Assembly (NCBI GenBank): GCA_964618415.1 | Contig: CAZUAT010000002.1 | Coordinates: 47,758-111,757, forward strand | DNA: 64,000 nucleotides | Direction: 5' to 3' | Source: an uncultured Thermoanaerobaculia bacterium | Lineage (GTDB): Bacteria > Acidobacteriota > Thermoanaerobaculia > Multivoradales > JAGPDF01 | Shown: positions 13,314-22,779 of the stretch, one piece after another | Numbering within the stretch: the first letter of the stretch is position 1 | Layout: every line of letters starts with the position of its first letter | Notes under the pieces: model-generated | Database searches by the model: none | Told to the model about the DNA's origin: nothing | What the model saw: the letters and a program-made list of their open reading frames with translations, nothing else | Program-made: the position numbers and the translations under genes

Positions 13314-14134
13314 GCGCCCGCGTCCATCCGCTCGCCTGGGTCGATCCGTCGGCCGTGCTGGCCGACGACGTCGAGGTCGGGCCTTTTGCGCGCATCGGCC
13401 CCGAGGTGGAGATCGGAGAGGGCAGCGAGATTGCTTCTGGCGCCCAGATTCAGGGTCCCACGCGGATCGGGCGCGGCAACCGGATCCATCCCAACGCCTG
13501 CGTCGGCACCGACCCGCAGGACCTCAAGTTCGCCGGCGAGCGGGTCTCACTCGAAATCGGCGACCGCAACGAGATCCGCGAGCACGTCACCATCCATCGC
13601 GGCACAGGCAAGGGTGGCGGCTGGACCAGAATCGGCAGCGATAACCTGTTCATGGTCTATTCGCACGTGGCCCACGATTGCCGGGTCGGAGATCGCACGA
13701 TCTTCGCCAACAACGCCACACTGGCCGGGCACTGCGAAGTGGAGGACGACGCTGTCGTCGGCGCATTCGCGGCGCTGCAGCAGTTCGGTCGCATCGGGCG
13801 CCACGCCTACATCGGAGGGTACTCCCGGCTGCTTTCCGATGCGCTGCCGTTCGTCAAGACGGTCGGCATGCGGCCGGTGGTGCTGGGTGTCAACCGGATC
13901 GGGCTGCAGCGCAAGGGCTTCGATGCGGCGCGCATCCAGGCGCTGCAGACGGCCTTCCGGATCTATCTGCGCAGCGGTCTCAACTCCGGCGCGGCGCTGG
14001 AAAGGCTCGAGGGCGAGATGCCGGACAATCCAGACGTCCGCTACCTGATCGACTACGTCCGGGGCGCGCGACGCGGCGTGATCCGGGCCCTGCCCGGCCG
14101 CCGCGGCGGCGAGGAAAGCGGTGCCGAAGACTGA
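13310..14134 (+). CDS. lpxA: UDP-N-acetylglucosamine O-acyltransferase LpxA
   Basis: It has hexapeptide repeats and the LpxA C-terminal helical domain (RIGLQRKGFDAARIQALQTAFRIYLR). The start is a TTG that overlaps the fabZ stop. Confidence 0.9.
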   Translation: MSARVHPLAWVDPSAVLADDVEVGPFARIGPEVEIGEGSEIASGAQIQGPTRIGRGNRIHPNACVGTDPQDLKFAGERVSLEIGDRNEIREHVTIHRGTGKGGGWTRIGSDNLFMVYSHVAHDCRVGDRTIFANNATLAGHCEVEDDAVVGAFAALQQFGRIGRHAYIGGYSRLLSDALPFVKTVGMRPVVLGVNRIGLQRKGFDAARIQALQTAFRIYLRSGLNSGAALERLEGEMPDNPDVRYLIDYVRGARRGVIRALPGRRGGEESGAED

Positions 14135-15083
14135 CCTGCGCGCCGGAGTGTTCGGCGTCGGCGCGCTCGGGCGGCACCACACGCGGATCCTCGGCGATCT
14201 GGCGGGAGTGACGCGGGTCGGCATTTACGATCCGAACCCGGAGGCCGCCGCGGCGGTAGCCACCGAGTACGGTGCCCAGGTCTTCGATTCGTTCGACGAA
14301 CTGGCCGGGTCGATCGACGCTGCGGTCGTGGCCGCCCCGACGGTGGCGCACGTCGAACTCGGCACGCAGCTGCTTTCGCGCGGCGTGCACGTGCTGGTGG
14401 AGAAGCCGATCGCCGCGTCGGTGGACGGCGCCGACGCCCTCATTGAGGCTGCGGCGGCGGCCGGCCGCGTGCTCGCAGTCGGGCACGTGGAGTTTCACAA
14501 TCCCGCCGTGGCGGCGCTGCTGGCGGCCGGCGGGAGCCCGCGGTTCGTCGAGATCGAGCGGCTGGGCACGTTCACGCCGCGCAGTCTGGACATCGACGTC
14601 ATCGCTGATCTGATGATCCACGATCTGCAGCTGCTGCTGGCGATGGACGACAGCGGCCTGCGCGAAGTGCGCGCAGTCGGCATTCCAGTGCTCTCGGGAC
14701 GCATCGATATCGTCAATGCGCGCCTGGAGTTCGAGTCCGGCATGGTGGCCAACGTGACCGCGTCACGGGTCTCCGGCGAGCGGGTGCGCAAGCTGCGGGC
14801 GTTCTATCCAGATCGCTACCGGTCGCTGGACTACCAGGCGCAGGAGATCAAGGGCTATCGGCTGGACGGCGAGGGGCCGGGGCGACGGATCCTGCCGGAG
14901 GCGATCGATATCGAGAAGGGCGAGCCGTTGCGGCTCGAGCTCGAAGGCTTCCGCGACGCCTGCCTGGCAGCGGGCGGCGCGGGCAGCGGCGGTCGGATCG
15001 TCGACGGATCGGCCGCGCGTGCAGCACTGGCATTGGCCGAGGAGGTGGCGCGCTGCGCCGCCGGATCGCCAGCCGCCGCGTGA
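14121..15083 (+). CDS. Gfo/Idh/MocA-family NAD(P)-dependent oxidoreductase fused to the lpx cluster. It is a candidate UDP-GlcNAc 3-dehydrogenase, GnnA-like.
   Basis: It has an N-terminal Rossmann fold (GVFGVGALGRHH) and the EKP motif (VLVEKPIAAS) typical of Gfo/Idh/MocA. The GTG start overlaps the lpxA stop by 14 bp. Confidence 0.75.
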   Translation: MPKTDLRAGVFGVGALGRHHTRILGDLAGVTRVGIYDPNPEAAAAVATEYGAQVFDSFDELAGSIDAAVVAAPTVAHVELGTQLLSRGVHVLVEKPIAASVDGADALIEAAAAAGRVLAVGHVEFHNPAVAALLAAGGSPRFVEIERLGTFTPRSLDIDVIADLMIHDLQLLLAMDDSGLREVRAVGIPVLSGRIDIVNARLEFESGMVANVTASRVSGERVRKLRAFYPDRYRSLDYQAQEIKGYRLDGEGPGRRILPEAIDIEKGEPLRLELEGFRDACLAAGGAGSGGRIVDGSAARAALALAEEVARCAAGSPAAA

Positions 15084-15174
15084 TAATCTGGCGGTCCGCG
15101 TGTCGGGGCCGGCGGCGCGCCGGATCCATCCAAATCGAGACTGAAACGCCCCAGGCGGGCGGTTTGCGGAGGCG

Positions 15175-16068
15175 GTGATGAGTGAAGTGCGCATCGGCGT
15201 GATCGGAGGCAGCGGCCTCTATGCGATGGAGGGGCTCGAGGTCGAGCAGGAGCGGGTGGTCGAGACGCCGTGGGGGGCACCGTCCGATCCGTACGTGATC
15301 GGCCGCATCGACGGTCGTCCGGTCGCCTTCCTGGCCCGCCACGGCCGCGGTCACCGCTTCCTGCCCACCGAGGTCAACTACCGGGCCAACATCTACGGTT
15401 TCAAGAAGCTGGGAGTCGAGTTCCTGATTTCGGTCTCGGCGGTCGGGTCGATGAAGGAGCAGTACGTGCCCGGCCACATCGTGGTCCCCGACCAGTTCTT
15501 CGATCGCACCCGGCATCGCGCGGACACGTTCTTCGGCAACGGCATCGTGGCCCACGTCTCTCTGGCTCGTCCGGTATCCGCGGCGCTGGCGGACGTCCTC
15601 TACAACGCGGCGGCCGCCGAGCGGGCGACGGTGCACCGCGGCGGGACCTACCTGTGCATGGAGGGGCCGCAGTTCTCGACCCGCGCCGAGTCGATGGTCT
15701 ACCGGCAGTGGGGAATGGACATCATCGGCATGACCAACCTGCAGGAGGCGCGCCTGGCGCGCGAGGCGGAGATCGCCTACGCCTCACTGTCGATGGTGAC
15801 CGACTACGACTGCTGGCACGAGGAGGAAGAGGCGGTCACCGGCGAGGGCGTCATGGAGGTGCTGCGCCGCAACGTGGAGCTCGCCCAGCGGGTCGTCCGA
15901 CGCGCGGTGGCGGACCTCGACGGCGTGGAGAACGACTGTGCGGATGCGCTGCGCATGTCGCTGATCACCGAGCCGTCGCTGGTCCCGGAAGAGACACTGG
16001 CGATGCTCGAGCCGCTGGTCGGCAGGTACCTGGACCGCAGCGGCAGTCAGCTCGCCTGGAAGCGCTGA
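15175..16068 (+). CDS. mtnP: S-methyl-5'-thioadenosine phosphorylase (MTAP/MtnP)
   Basis: Motifs are IGVIGGSGLY, the TPWG motif and MTNLQEARLAREAEIAYASLSMVTDYDCW. An ATG at 15178 lies 6 nt after a GGAGG and is the more likely true start. Confidence 0.85.
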   Translation: MMSEVRIGVIGGSGLYAMEGLEVEQERVVETPWGAPSDPYVIGRIDGRPVAFLARHGRGHRFLPTEVNYRANIYGFKKLGVEFLISVSAVGSMKEQYVPGHIVVPDQFFDRTRHRADTFFGNGIVAHVSLARPVSAALADVLYNAAAAERATVHRGGTYLCMEGPQFSTRAESMVYRQWGMDIIGMTNLQEARLAREAEIAYASLSMVTDYDCWHEEEEAVTGEGVMEVLRRNVELAQRVVRRAVADLDGVENDCADALRMSLITEPSLVPEETLAMLEPLVGRYLDRSGSQLAWKR

Positions 16069-16109
16069 GCGCTCAGCGGACGCCGGGCGGACGAGGCGAC
16101 AGCGAACCG

Positions 16110-16883
16110 ATGCGCATCCTGGTCACCAACGACGACGGGGTCTACTCCGAGGGGATCCGGCTTCTCGCGGCCGAACTGGCGCGGCTGGGCGAAGTCGTCG
16201 TGGTGGCGCCGGACCGCGAGCAGAGCGCGACCGGGCACAGCCTCACGCTCTCCCGCCCGCTGCGCATGCAGCCGCTGCAGGACGGCTGGTACGCCGTCGA
16301 CGGTACGCCGACCGACTGCGTCAACCTCGCCGTCCTGGCGCTGCTGCGCGACACGCCGCCCGATCTGGTGGTTTCGGGGATCAACTTCGGCCTCAACGTC
16401 GGCGACGACGTCACCTACTCGGGCACCGTCTCGGCGACCTTCGAGGGGTCGATTCTCGGCATTCCGTCGATCGCCTTCTCGCAGGAGGTCAGCGAGGGGT
16501 TCTCGTTCGAGCGCGCCGCCCGCCTGGCCGGTCGGCTGGTCGAAGAGCTGATTGCCGAGCCGATGCCGCCCGGCATGCTGCTCAACGTCAACTTCCCGGC
16601 CGGCGAACCGCGCGGCGTGGTCTTCTCGCGCCTCGGCAAGCGGGTCTACCGCCAGTCGGTGATCGAGAAGGTCGACCCGCGAGGCCGCAAGTACTACTGG
16701 ATCGCCGGCACGCCGGAGTGGCAGGAAGACCCGGATACCGACCACGGCGCCGTACAGAACGGCTGCATCTCGGTCACGCCCCTCCACCTCGACCTGACCG
16801 ACTACCGGGGCCTCGACACCTGGGGCGGCTTCGCGGGGCGCATCGACGGGATCCTGAGGAGCGACGCCGCCCGTGCTCGATGA
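16110..16883 (+). CDS. surE: 5'/3'-nucleotidase SurE
   Basis: Translation begins MRILVTNDDGVYSEGIRLLA. The motifs VVAPDREQSATGHSLT and GINFGLNVGDDVTYSGTV are present. The surE-pcm gene pair is conserved. Confidence 0.9.
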   Translation: MRILVTNDDGVYSEGIRLLAAELARLGEVVVVAPDREQSATGHSLTLSRPLRMQPLQDGWYAVDGTPTDCVNLAVLALLRDTPPDLVVSGINFGLNVGDDVTYSGTVSATFEGSILGIPSIAFSQEVSEGFSFERAARLAGRLVEELIAEPMPPGMLLNVNFPAGEPRGVVFSRLGKRVYRQSVIEKVDPRGRKYYWIAGTPEWQEDPDTDHGAVQNGCISVTPLHLDLTDYRGLDTWGGFAGRIDGILRSDAARAR

Positions 16884-17538
16884 CACGCTGGCTCGCGATC
16901 GGATGGTGCGCGAGCTGATCGAACGGCGCGGCGTGCGCGATCCCCGAGTGCTGGCGGCGATGCGCGAGGTTCCGCGCCACCTGTTCGTGCGCGAACACCT
17001 CTGGAGCCAGGCCTATGGCGACCACGCGCTTCCGATCGGCGAGGCCCAGACGATCTCGCAGCCGTTCGTGGTCGCCCGCATGACCGAGATCCTCGAACTC
17101 GATCCGGCGACGCACAAGGTGCTCGAGATCGGCACCGGATCGGGCTATCAGACGGCGATCCTGGCCCGGCTGGCGCGGTGGGTCTACAGCCTCGAACGGA
17201 TTCCGGATCTCGCCCACCAGGCGATCCGTCGTATGCGCCAGCTCGGGATCCTGAACGTCAAGATCCAGGCGTTCGACGGTACCGTGGGCTGGAGCGACGT
17301 GTCGCCGTTCGACCGCATCCTGGTGACCGCCGGCGCGCCGGTGGCGCCACGGCCGCTGCTCGACCAGCTGGGGCCCGGCGGCCGGCTGCTGGTTCCGGAG
17401 GGCGACCGGCGCCGGCAGCGCCTGGTGCTCTACGAGCGGCTGGGTCGCAAGACAAGACGCACGGAGTTCGACGAGGTCGCCTTCGTCCCGCTGCTCGGCC
17501 GCCACGGCTGGCAGCCCGGCGATGGCGGCGAACGGTGA
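16873..17538 (+). CDS. pcm: Protein-L-isoaspartate O-methyltransferase
   Basis: It has an SAM motif VLEIGTGSGYQTAILA. It has the QTISQP and FVPL motifs. It overlaps the surE stop. Confidence 0.9.
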   Translation: MLDDTLARDRMVRELIERRGVRDPRVLAAMREVPRHLFVREHLWSQAYGDHALPIGEAQTISQPFVVARMTEILELDPATHKVLEIGTGSGYQTAILARLARWVYSLERIPDLAHQAIRRMRQLGILNVKIQAFDGTVGWSDVSPFDRILVTAGAPVAPRPLLDQLGPGGRLLVPEGDRRRQRLVLYERLGRKTRRTEFDEVAFVPLLGRHGWQPGDGGER

Positions 17539-17613
17539 CCGCGCCGGCGGCCGGAGAGGCGCCGGGCAACTGAGGGGCGGCCGCCGCGCAGACGGCGTCG
17601 CCGGGAGACATCG

Positions 17614-18132
17614 GTGGACGATCTCAAGCAGTACATCCGTGAAGTGCCGGACTTCCCCAAGCCGGGCATCAACTTCTTCGACATCACGACTCTGCTCAAG
17701 GACCCGCTGGCCCTGCGCATGGCGGTGGACCGGTTCGTCTGGCTGTTCTCCAAGGAGCACCGGCCGGACAAGGTGATCGGCATCGAGTCGCGCGGGTTCA
17801 TGTTCGCGCCCTCGGTCGCCTACAACCTCAACGCCGGGTTCGTACCGGTGCGCAAGCCGGGCAAGCTGCCGGCAGCGACGGTGGCCGAGACCTACGAGCT
17901 CGAGTACGGCAGCGACAAGCTGGAGATGCACGCCGACGCGATCACCCCGGGCGAGAGGGTCCTGATCGTCGACGACGTCGTCGCCACCGGGGGCACAGCG
18001 CTGGCAACCGCCAAGCTGGTCGAAGGGCGCGGCGGGCAGGTGATCGGGTTCGGCTTCATCATCGAGCTGACTTTCCTGCCGGGCCGCGAGAAGCTGGCCG
18101 GCTACGACATCGAGTCGCTGATCCGCTACTGA
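17614..18132 (+). CDS. apt: Adenine phosphoribosyltransferase
   Basis: Motifs are [12 protein letters not shown] and then IESRGFMF. The PRPP-binding motif is [13 protein letters not shown]. Confidence 0.9.
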   Translation: MDDLKQYIREVPDFPKPGINFFDITTLLKDPLALRMAVDRFVWLFSKEHRPDKVIGIESRGFMFAPSVAYNLNAGFVPVRKPGKLPAATVAETYELEYGSDKLEMHADAITPGERVLIVDDVVATGGTALATAKLVEGRGGQVIGFGFIIELTFLPGREKLAGYDIESLIRY

Positions 18133-18146
18133 TAAACTGCCGCCAG

Positions 18147-18223
18147 GCGGCTGTAGCTCAGCTGGATAGAGCAGGAGCGTCCTAAGCTCTTGGTCGGGGG
18201 TTCGACTCCTCCCAGCCGCACCA
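18147..18223 (+). tRNA. tRNA-Arg (anticodon CCU)
   Basis: It is 77 nt long. The acceptor stem pairs GCGGCTG with CAGCCGC. The T-arm reads GGGGG-TTCGACT-CCTCC. The anticodon stem pairs GGAGC with GCTCT, with loop GTCCTAA. The CCA end is encoded. Confidence 0.75.
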
Positions 18224-18302
18224 GCCCGCCTGCGACGGCGGTACCACATCGAGATCCAGATCGAGCCGGTCGGAGACCGGCAGAGGCGAGAGGGCGTTTT
18301 CC

Positions 18303-19031
18303 ATGGCTCACGAACTGTCCCGCGAAGAGCTCAAGCGCAACGAACTCGGCGAGGCCGTCGAGGCCGGTGTGTCGTTCGCGGAGAAGCATCTGCGCGTCAT
18401 CCTCGGCATCGTCATCGGCGTCGTCGCGGTCGCCCTCGCCGGCTGGGCGGTGTTCGCCTGGCGCGGCGCCCGGCTGGACTCAGCGAGCGAGGCTTTGGGG
18501 CGCGCGCAGCGGGTGGCGAGCGCCGAGATCGTCGACAGCGGCGCGCGGCCGGACGATGCGGTTCGCCCGACCTTCGCCGCCGCGGCCGAGCGGGACGCCC
18601 AGGCCCGTCAGCTGTTCGATGCGGTCGTCCAGCAGTATGACGGCACCGGCGCGGCGCGGGCGGCCCGGCTGCGCCTGGCCGAGCTGGCGTTCGCCGCGGG
18701 GGACTTCGCCGCAGCCCGGGCCCACTACGTGGCGGTCGGCACGAGCGACGACGCGCTGGGCGTCGGAGCCGCGATCGGGCTGGCGGCGGTCGACCGCGCG
18801 GAGGGGCGCGGCGCCGAGCTGATCACCCGCCTGCAGAACGACCTCGCCAACGCGCGCGGCCCGCTGCCGGCGGATCTGCTGCTGGTCGAGCTGGCACGCA
18901 CTCACGCGGCGCTCGGCAATCGCGCCGACGCGCGCGCCGCCTGGCAGCGCCTCGTCGACGAGCACCCGGGCTCTGCCTGGGCAGCCGAAGCGCGCGGGCA
19001 GCTCGCCGGATCCACCTCCGCTTCCCGCTGA
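18303..19031 (+). CDS. YfgM-like membrane-anchored TPR-like protein (a putative SecYEG-associated ancillary protein)
   Basis: It has an N-terminal cytoplasmic segment, a single TM helix (VILGIVIGVVAVALAGWAVF) and an Ala-rich TPR-like periplasmic domain. The architecture and the N-terminus ELKRNELGEAVEAG..FAEKH resemble E. coli YfgM. Confidence 0.55.
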   Translation: MAHELSREELKRNELGEAVEAGVSFAEKHLRVILGIVIGVVAVALAGWAVFAWRGARLDSASEALGRAQRVASAEIVDSGARPDDAVRPTFAAAAERDAQARQLFDAVVQQYDGTGAARAARLRLAELAFAAGDFAAARAHYVAVGTSDDALGVGAAIGLAAVDRAEGRGAELITRLQNDLANARGPLPADLLLVELARTHAALGNRADARAAWQRLVDEHPGSAWAAEARGQLAGSTSASR

Positions 19032-19045
19032 GGCCGGAGGCGGGC

Positions 19046-20362
19046 TTGAGCGGCCCCTACCGGATCCTCACTGACCTGCGTGCGGGCCGCCGGCTGTCTG
19101 CCGCCGATCTCGGGGCGGTGGCGCGCGGAGCCGTCGACGGCTGCTGGAGCGACGCGCAACTGGGGGCCTTTCTGATGGGCGTCGCCGTCCGCGGTCTGGA
19201 TGTCGAACAGACCCGCGCCTTGACGCGCGAGATGCTCGACAGCGGCGAACGGTGGGAGTTGCGACGCACCTTTCCCGGGCTGGTCGACAAGCACTCCACC
19301 GGCGGCGTCGGAGACAAGGTGTCGATCGTGCTCGCCCCGCTGCTGGCCGAGTGCGGCGTGCCGATCGTCATGCTCACCGGGCGCGGTCTGGGGCACACTG
19401 GCGGCACGGCCGACAAGCTCGAATCGATCCCGGGCCTGCGTCAGGAGCTGGATCGGGCGGCGGCGGTGCGCGTCCTCGAGCGCACGGGTATGGCCCTCGG
19501 GCTGGCCACCTCGGGCATCGCGCCCGCGGATCGGCGCCTCTACGCCCTGCGCGACCACACCGCGACCGTCGACTCGCTGCCGCTGATCGTCGCCAGCATC
19601 CTGTCCAAGAAGCTCGCCGCCGGAGCGGCGGCGATCGTGTTCGACGTCAAGGTGGGCGACGGCGCCTTCCTGGCCGATCGCGAGGCGGCGCGCGAACTGG
19701 CGCGCCAGCTGGTGGCGGTCGCCGAGGAACTCGGTACATCGGCCTCGGCGCTGCTGACCGACATGAGTCAGCCGCTCGGTGACTGGGTGGGGCATGCCGC
19801 GGAGATCGCCGAGGCGCTGCAGGTCATGCGTGGTGAGGGCGCGGCAGAGACCGCGGAGCTCACGATCGTGCTGGCCCGGGAGGCGGCGGCGCAGGTGGGC
19901 GTGGAGCTGACGGAGCCGAGGTTGCGGGCCACGCTCGCTTCGGGCCGGGTCGCCGAACGGTTTTCCCGCTGGGCCGTCGATCAGGGCGCCTCGCCGGCAT
20001 GGATGGCCCGCCCCGAACTGCCGCTCGCACCCGTCGAGCAACCGATCCGGGCGCCCCATGGCGGTGTGCTGGCGCGAGTCGCCAACCGTCGCCTGGGGCT
20101 GCTGCTGGGCGAGGCCGGCGGCGCCCGTCGCGGACCTGGCGACGAACTGGACCGGGGTGTCGCCCTGCACTACCGGACGCGGCTCGGCCGACGCGTGGAA
20201 GCCGGCGAGGAGCTGGCGCGGATCTACCTGCGCCGCGACGACGCGGCTCTCGTCGACCAGGTTGCGGCCTGCTTCGAGGTCGGCCCCGAGGGAGTCGCGC
20301 CGCCGCTGATCGTCGAACGGGCGGCGGGGGGGCCGCCGTCCCCGGCCGCGCCCGCCGACTGA
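19046..20362 (+). CDS. deoA: Thymidine / pyrimidine-nucleoside phosphorylase
   Basis: Motifs are DKHSTGGVGDKVS and TGRGLGHTGGTADKLE. It has the glycosyltransferase family 3 architecture. Confidence 0.85.
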   Translation: MSGPYRILTDLRAGRRLSAADLGAVARGAVDGCWSDAQLGAFLMGVAVRGLDVEQTRALTREMLDSGERWELRRTFPGLVDKHSTGGVGDKVSIVLAPLLAECGVPIVMLTGRGLGHTGGTADKLESIPGLRQELDRAAAVRVLERTGMALGLATSGIAPADRRLYALRDHTATVDSLPLIVASILSKKLAAGAAAIVFDVKVGDGAFLADREAARELARQLVAVAEELGTSASALLTDMSQPLGDWVGHAAEIAEALQVMRGEGAAETAELTIVLAREAAAQVGVELTEPRLRATLASGRVAERFSRWAVDQGASPAWMARPELPLAPVEQPIRAPHGGVLARVANRRLGLLLGEAGGARRGPGDELDRGVALHYRTRLGRRVEAGEELARIYLRRDDAALVDQVAACFEVGPEGVAPPLIVERAAGGPPSPAAPAD

Positions 20363-20366
20363 GCGG

Positions 20367-21467
20367 TCAGCGCCAGATCTTCTGCTGGCGGCTGTCGCCG
20401 AGCCGGAACTCGGCGCTGCGCCCGTCGACGCGCACCAGCGGGCGGTGGGTGGAGTCGCCGGGCATGCGCGCCCGTTCCGTCAGCTGCGTGTCGTCGCTCA
20501 GCTCGGCGAGGGTCCACTCGTCGGTGAGCGCGTCGAGCCAAAGCAGGAACGGGACGTCGCCGCCCGCCTCGAAGGTCGGCTCGAGAGATCCGGGCGGTCC
20601 GACCGCCGCCAGTTCGCGGCTGCCCTCGTCACTCCAGCGTGCCAGGACGACTCGGTACTCGCCGTCGTGGAACCGGTTCCAGGCGATCAGCGCGCCGCCC
20701 GGGACCGCGGCGACCGCCGGCGTGATGTCGGGCACGTCGTTGGCCTGGCCGACCCGGCGCGGGCGACTCCAGGAGGTGCCGTCGCCGACGGCGGCCAGGA
20801 TCTCGTCGTCGGTGCCGTCGAAGGCGCTCCAGACCAGCAGCGTGCGGCCGTCTTCGAGCCGGGTGGCGCTGAGGGCGACCTGGCTGCCGGGGCCGGGCGG
20901 CGCGATCTCGATCGGCGCGCCGAACGCGCCGCCCTCCCAGTTCGCCCACCGCACCGAATAGCCGCGCGGATCGTGTCCTTCCAGCCAGGCGATGCCCGGG
21001 GCCGTCTGCCCGCCGGCCACGACCACCGGCCACAGCCGGGAGGCGCCTTCACTGCCCGCCGACGCTGCCGGCGGCGCGACCCGCACGACACCGGCGTCGG
21101 TGGCGCGCCAGAGCGCCAGCTCGGTGCGTTCCCCGGCCAACTCGAAGCCGGCCAGCAGCCAGCCATCGGGCAGGTCGGCGATACTGCTGATCTCGCTGCG
21201 ACCTTCGCCGGCGAGCTGCGCCGACTTCGAACCGGCATCGACGCGCCACCCACCTCCGGCGCGCCAGACGACCGGTCCGCCGGCGGTCTGCGAGCGGGCC
21301 ACCAGCGCCGGCAACGTGCCACCCATCCGGCGCGCCGCAGGCTGGGCGACGGCTGCCGCGGCAACGAGCGGCGCGAGCAGCAGCAGCGCCCGGACCAGTG
21401 CGCCGGTGCGGCGAGGGAGGATCGTGCGGGCCGGGATTCGGGAGTCGAAAGCCATGGCGCGCTCCAT
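20367..21467 (-). CDS. Secreted hypothetical protein with BNR/Asp-box-like repeats (possible beta-propeller)
   Basis: It has a signal peptide LVRALLLLAPLVAAAAVA. Asp-box-like motifs are present (GDGTSWS, WSDEGS, EDGRTLLVW). Codon usage is good relative to the antisense frame. Confidence 0.5.
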   Translation of the reverse strand: MERAMAFDSRIPARTILPRRTGALVRALLLLAPLVAAAAVAQPAARRMGGTLPALVARSQTAGGPVVWRAGGGWRVDAGSKSAQLAGEGRSEISSIADLPDGWLLAGFELAGERTELALWRATDAGVVRVAPPAASAGSEGASRLWPVVVAGGQTAPGIAWLEGHDPRGYSVRWANWEGGAFGAPIEIAPPGPGSQVALSATRLEDGRTLLVWSAFDGTDDEILAAVGDGTSWSRPRRVGQANDVPDITPAVAAVPGGALIAWNRFHDGEYRVVLARWSDEGSRELAAVGPPGSLEPTFEAGGDVPFLLWLDALTDEWTLAELSDDTQLTERARMPGDSTHRPLVRVDGRSAEFRLGDSRQQKIWR

Positions 21468-21522
21468 GGTACGGACCGGCGCGCGGGCCTGTCAAACCAG
21501 TCGCCGGCGGTATCATCGCGAC

Positions 21523-22779
21523 ATGCGCGCGGCGGTGCTGGCGGTCGGGTCGGAACTGCTGTCGACCGATCGCCTCGACACCAACTCCCTGCGCCTCGCG
21601 GCGCTCCTGGAGCGGCACGACTGCGAACTGGTCGGCAAGGCGGTGGCGGCTGACGACGAAGCGGCGATCGCCGACGAGATCCGGCGCCGGCTTGGAGTCT
21701 GCGACCTGCTGATCGTCACCGGCGGCCTCGGCCCGACCGCCGATGACGTCACCCGTGAAGGGTGCGCGCGGGCGCTGGGCCTGGGGCTGCGCGACGACCC
21801 GGCAGTCTGGGCCGAGATCGAGCGCCGCTTCGCGCGCTTCGGGCGCCGGCCGTCGCCGAACAATCGCCGCCAGGCGCAGGTCCCTGAAGGCGCCACCGTG
21901 CTCGCCAATGAACGCGGCTCGGCGCCCGGTCTGCGCCTGGAAGCGGCCGGGACGACGATCTTCCTGCTGCCCGGCGTACCGTGGGAGATGGAGCGCCTGC
22001 TCGAACGGGAGGTCGAGCCCTGGCTCGCCGGGCGCGCCAGCGGGCGGGGCCGCGAGCGGCGGACTCTGCGCCTGGCGATGCGCCCGGAGTCGGAAGTCGA
22101 CGAGGCGCTCGAGCCGGTCTACATCGAGTTCGAACGGCGATGGATCACCGTGCTCGCGTCACCCGGTGAGGTGAAGATCCGGCTCACCGCCGCCGGCGAA
22201 CCGGAAGCGCGCGGGCGGCGGCTGACGGCGATGGCCGAGCGAGTGCGGCAGGTACTGGGCTCGACGATCTACGGCGAGGGCGAGGAGGGCGGCCTCGAAC
22301 AGGCAGTGGGCGAACTGCTGGCGGCCGCCGGCGCCACCGTGGCGGTGGCCGAGTCGTGCACCGGCGGGCTGGTGGCCGAGCGGCTGACCCGGCCGCCCGG
22401 GGCGAGCAGGTACTTTCCCGGTGCCGTGGTGACGTACGCCAACGCCGAGAAGACTCGGCTGCTGGGAGTCGATCCCGACATGCTCGAACGCTGCGGTGCG
22501 GTGAGCGAGGAGGCGGCGCGCCGGATGGCCGAAGGGGCGCGCGAACGATTCGGCACCGACTTCGCCCTCGCGGTGACCGGCATCGCCGGACCCGAGGGCG
22601 GAAGCGCCGAGAAGCCGGTGGGCACCGTGCACATCGCGCTGGCGGCGGCCGGGGGGACCGAGCATCGCCAGCTTCGCCTGGTCGGCGACCGCGAACGGAT
22701 CCGCTGGCAGGCCTCGCAGGCGGTGCTCGAGCTGTTGCGCCGCCGGCTGCTGGCCGCCGCGGGGAGCGTCGACGCGTGA
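21523..22779 (+). CDS. cinA: CinA-family competence/damage-inducible protein (N-terminal MoCF-binding domain plus C-terminal PncC NMN deamidase domain)
   Basis: Translation begins MRAAVLAVGSELLSTDRLDTNS. Motifs are LIVTGGLGPTADD, then FLLPGVPWEM. The C-terminus carries VAESCTGG...TGIAGP. Confidence 0.85.
   Translation: MRAAVLAVGSELLSTDRLDTNSLRLAALLERHDCELVGKAVAADDEAAIADEIRRRLGVCDLLIVTGGLGPTADDVTREGCARALGLGLRDDPAVWAEIERRFARFGRRPSPNNRRQAQVPEGATVLANERGSAPGLRLEAAGTTIFLLPGVPWEMERLLEREVEPWLAGRASGRGRERRTLRLAMRPESEVDEALEPVYIEFERRWITVLASPGEVKIRLTAAGEPEARGRRLTAMAERVRQVLGSTIYGEGEEGGLEQAVGELLAAAGATVAVAESCTGGLVAERLTRPPGASRYFPGAVVTYANAEKTRLLGVDPDMLERCGAVSEEAARRMAEGARERFGTDFALAVTGIAGPEGGSAEKPVGTVHIALAAAGGTEHRQLRLVGDRERIRWQASQAVLELLRRRLLAAAGSVDA

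Noticed and set aside
16774-18249. 491-aa minus-strand ORF
   Set aside because: It runs antisense across pcm, apt and even the tRNA-Arg gene, which is not plausible.
18902-21653. 422-aa minus ORF (18902..20170) and 402-aa plus ORF (20445..21653)
   Set aside because: They lie antisense to deoA and to the BNR-like secreted protein respectively. Their composition is an Arg/Gly/Ala-rich artefact.
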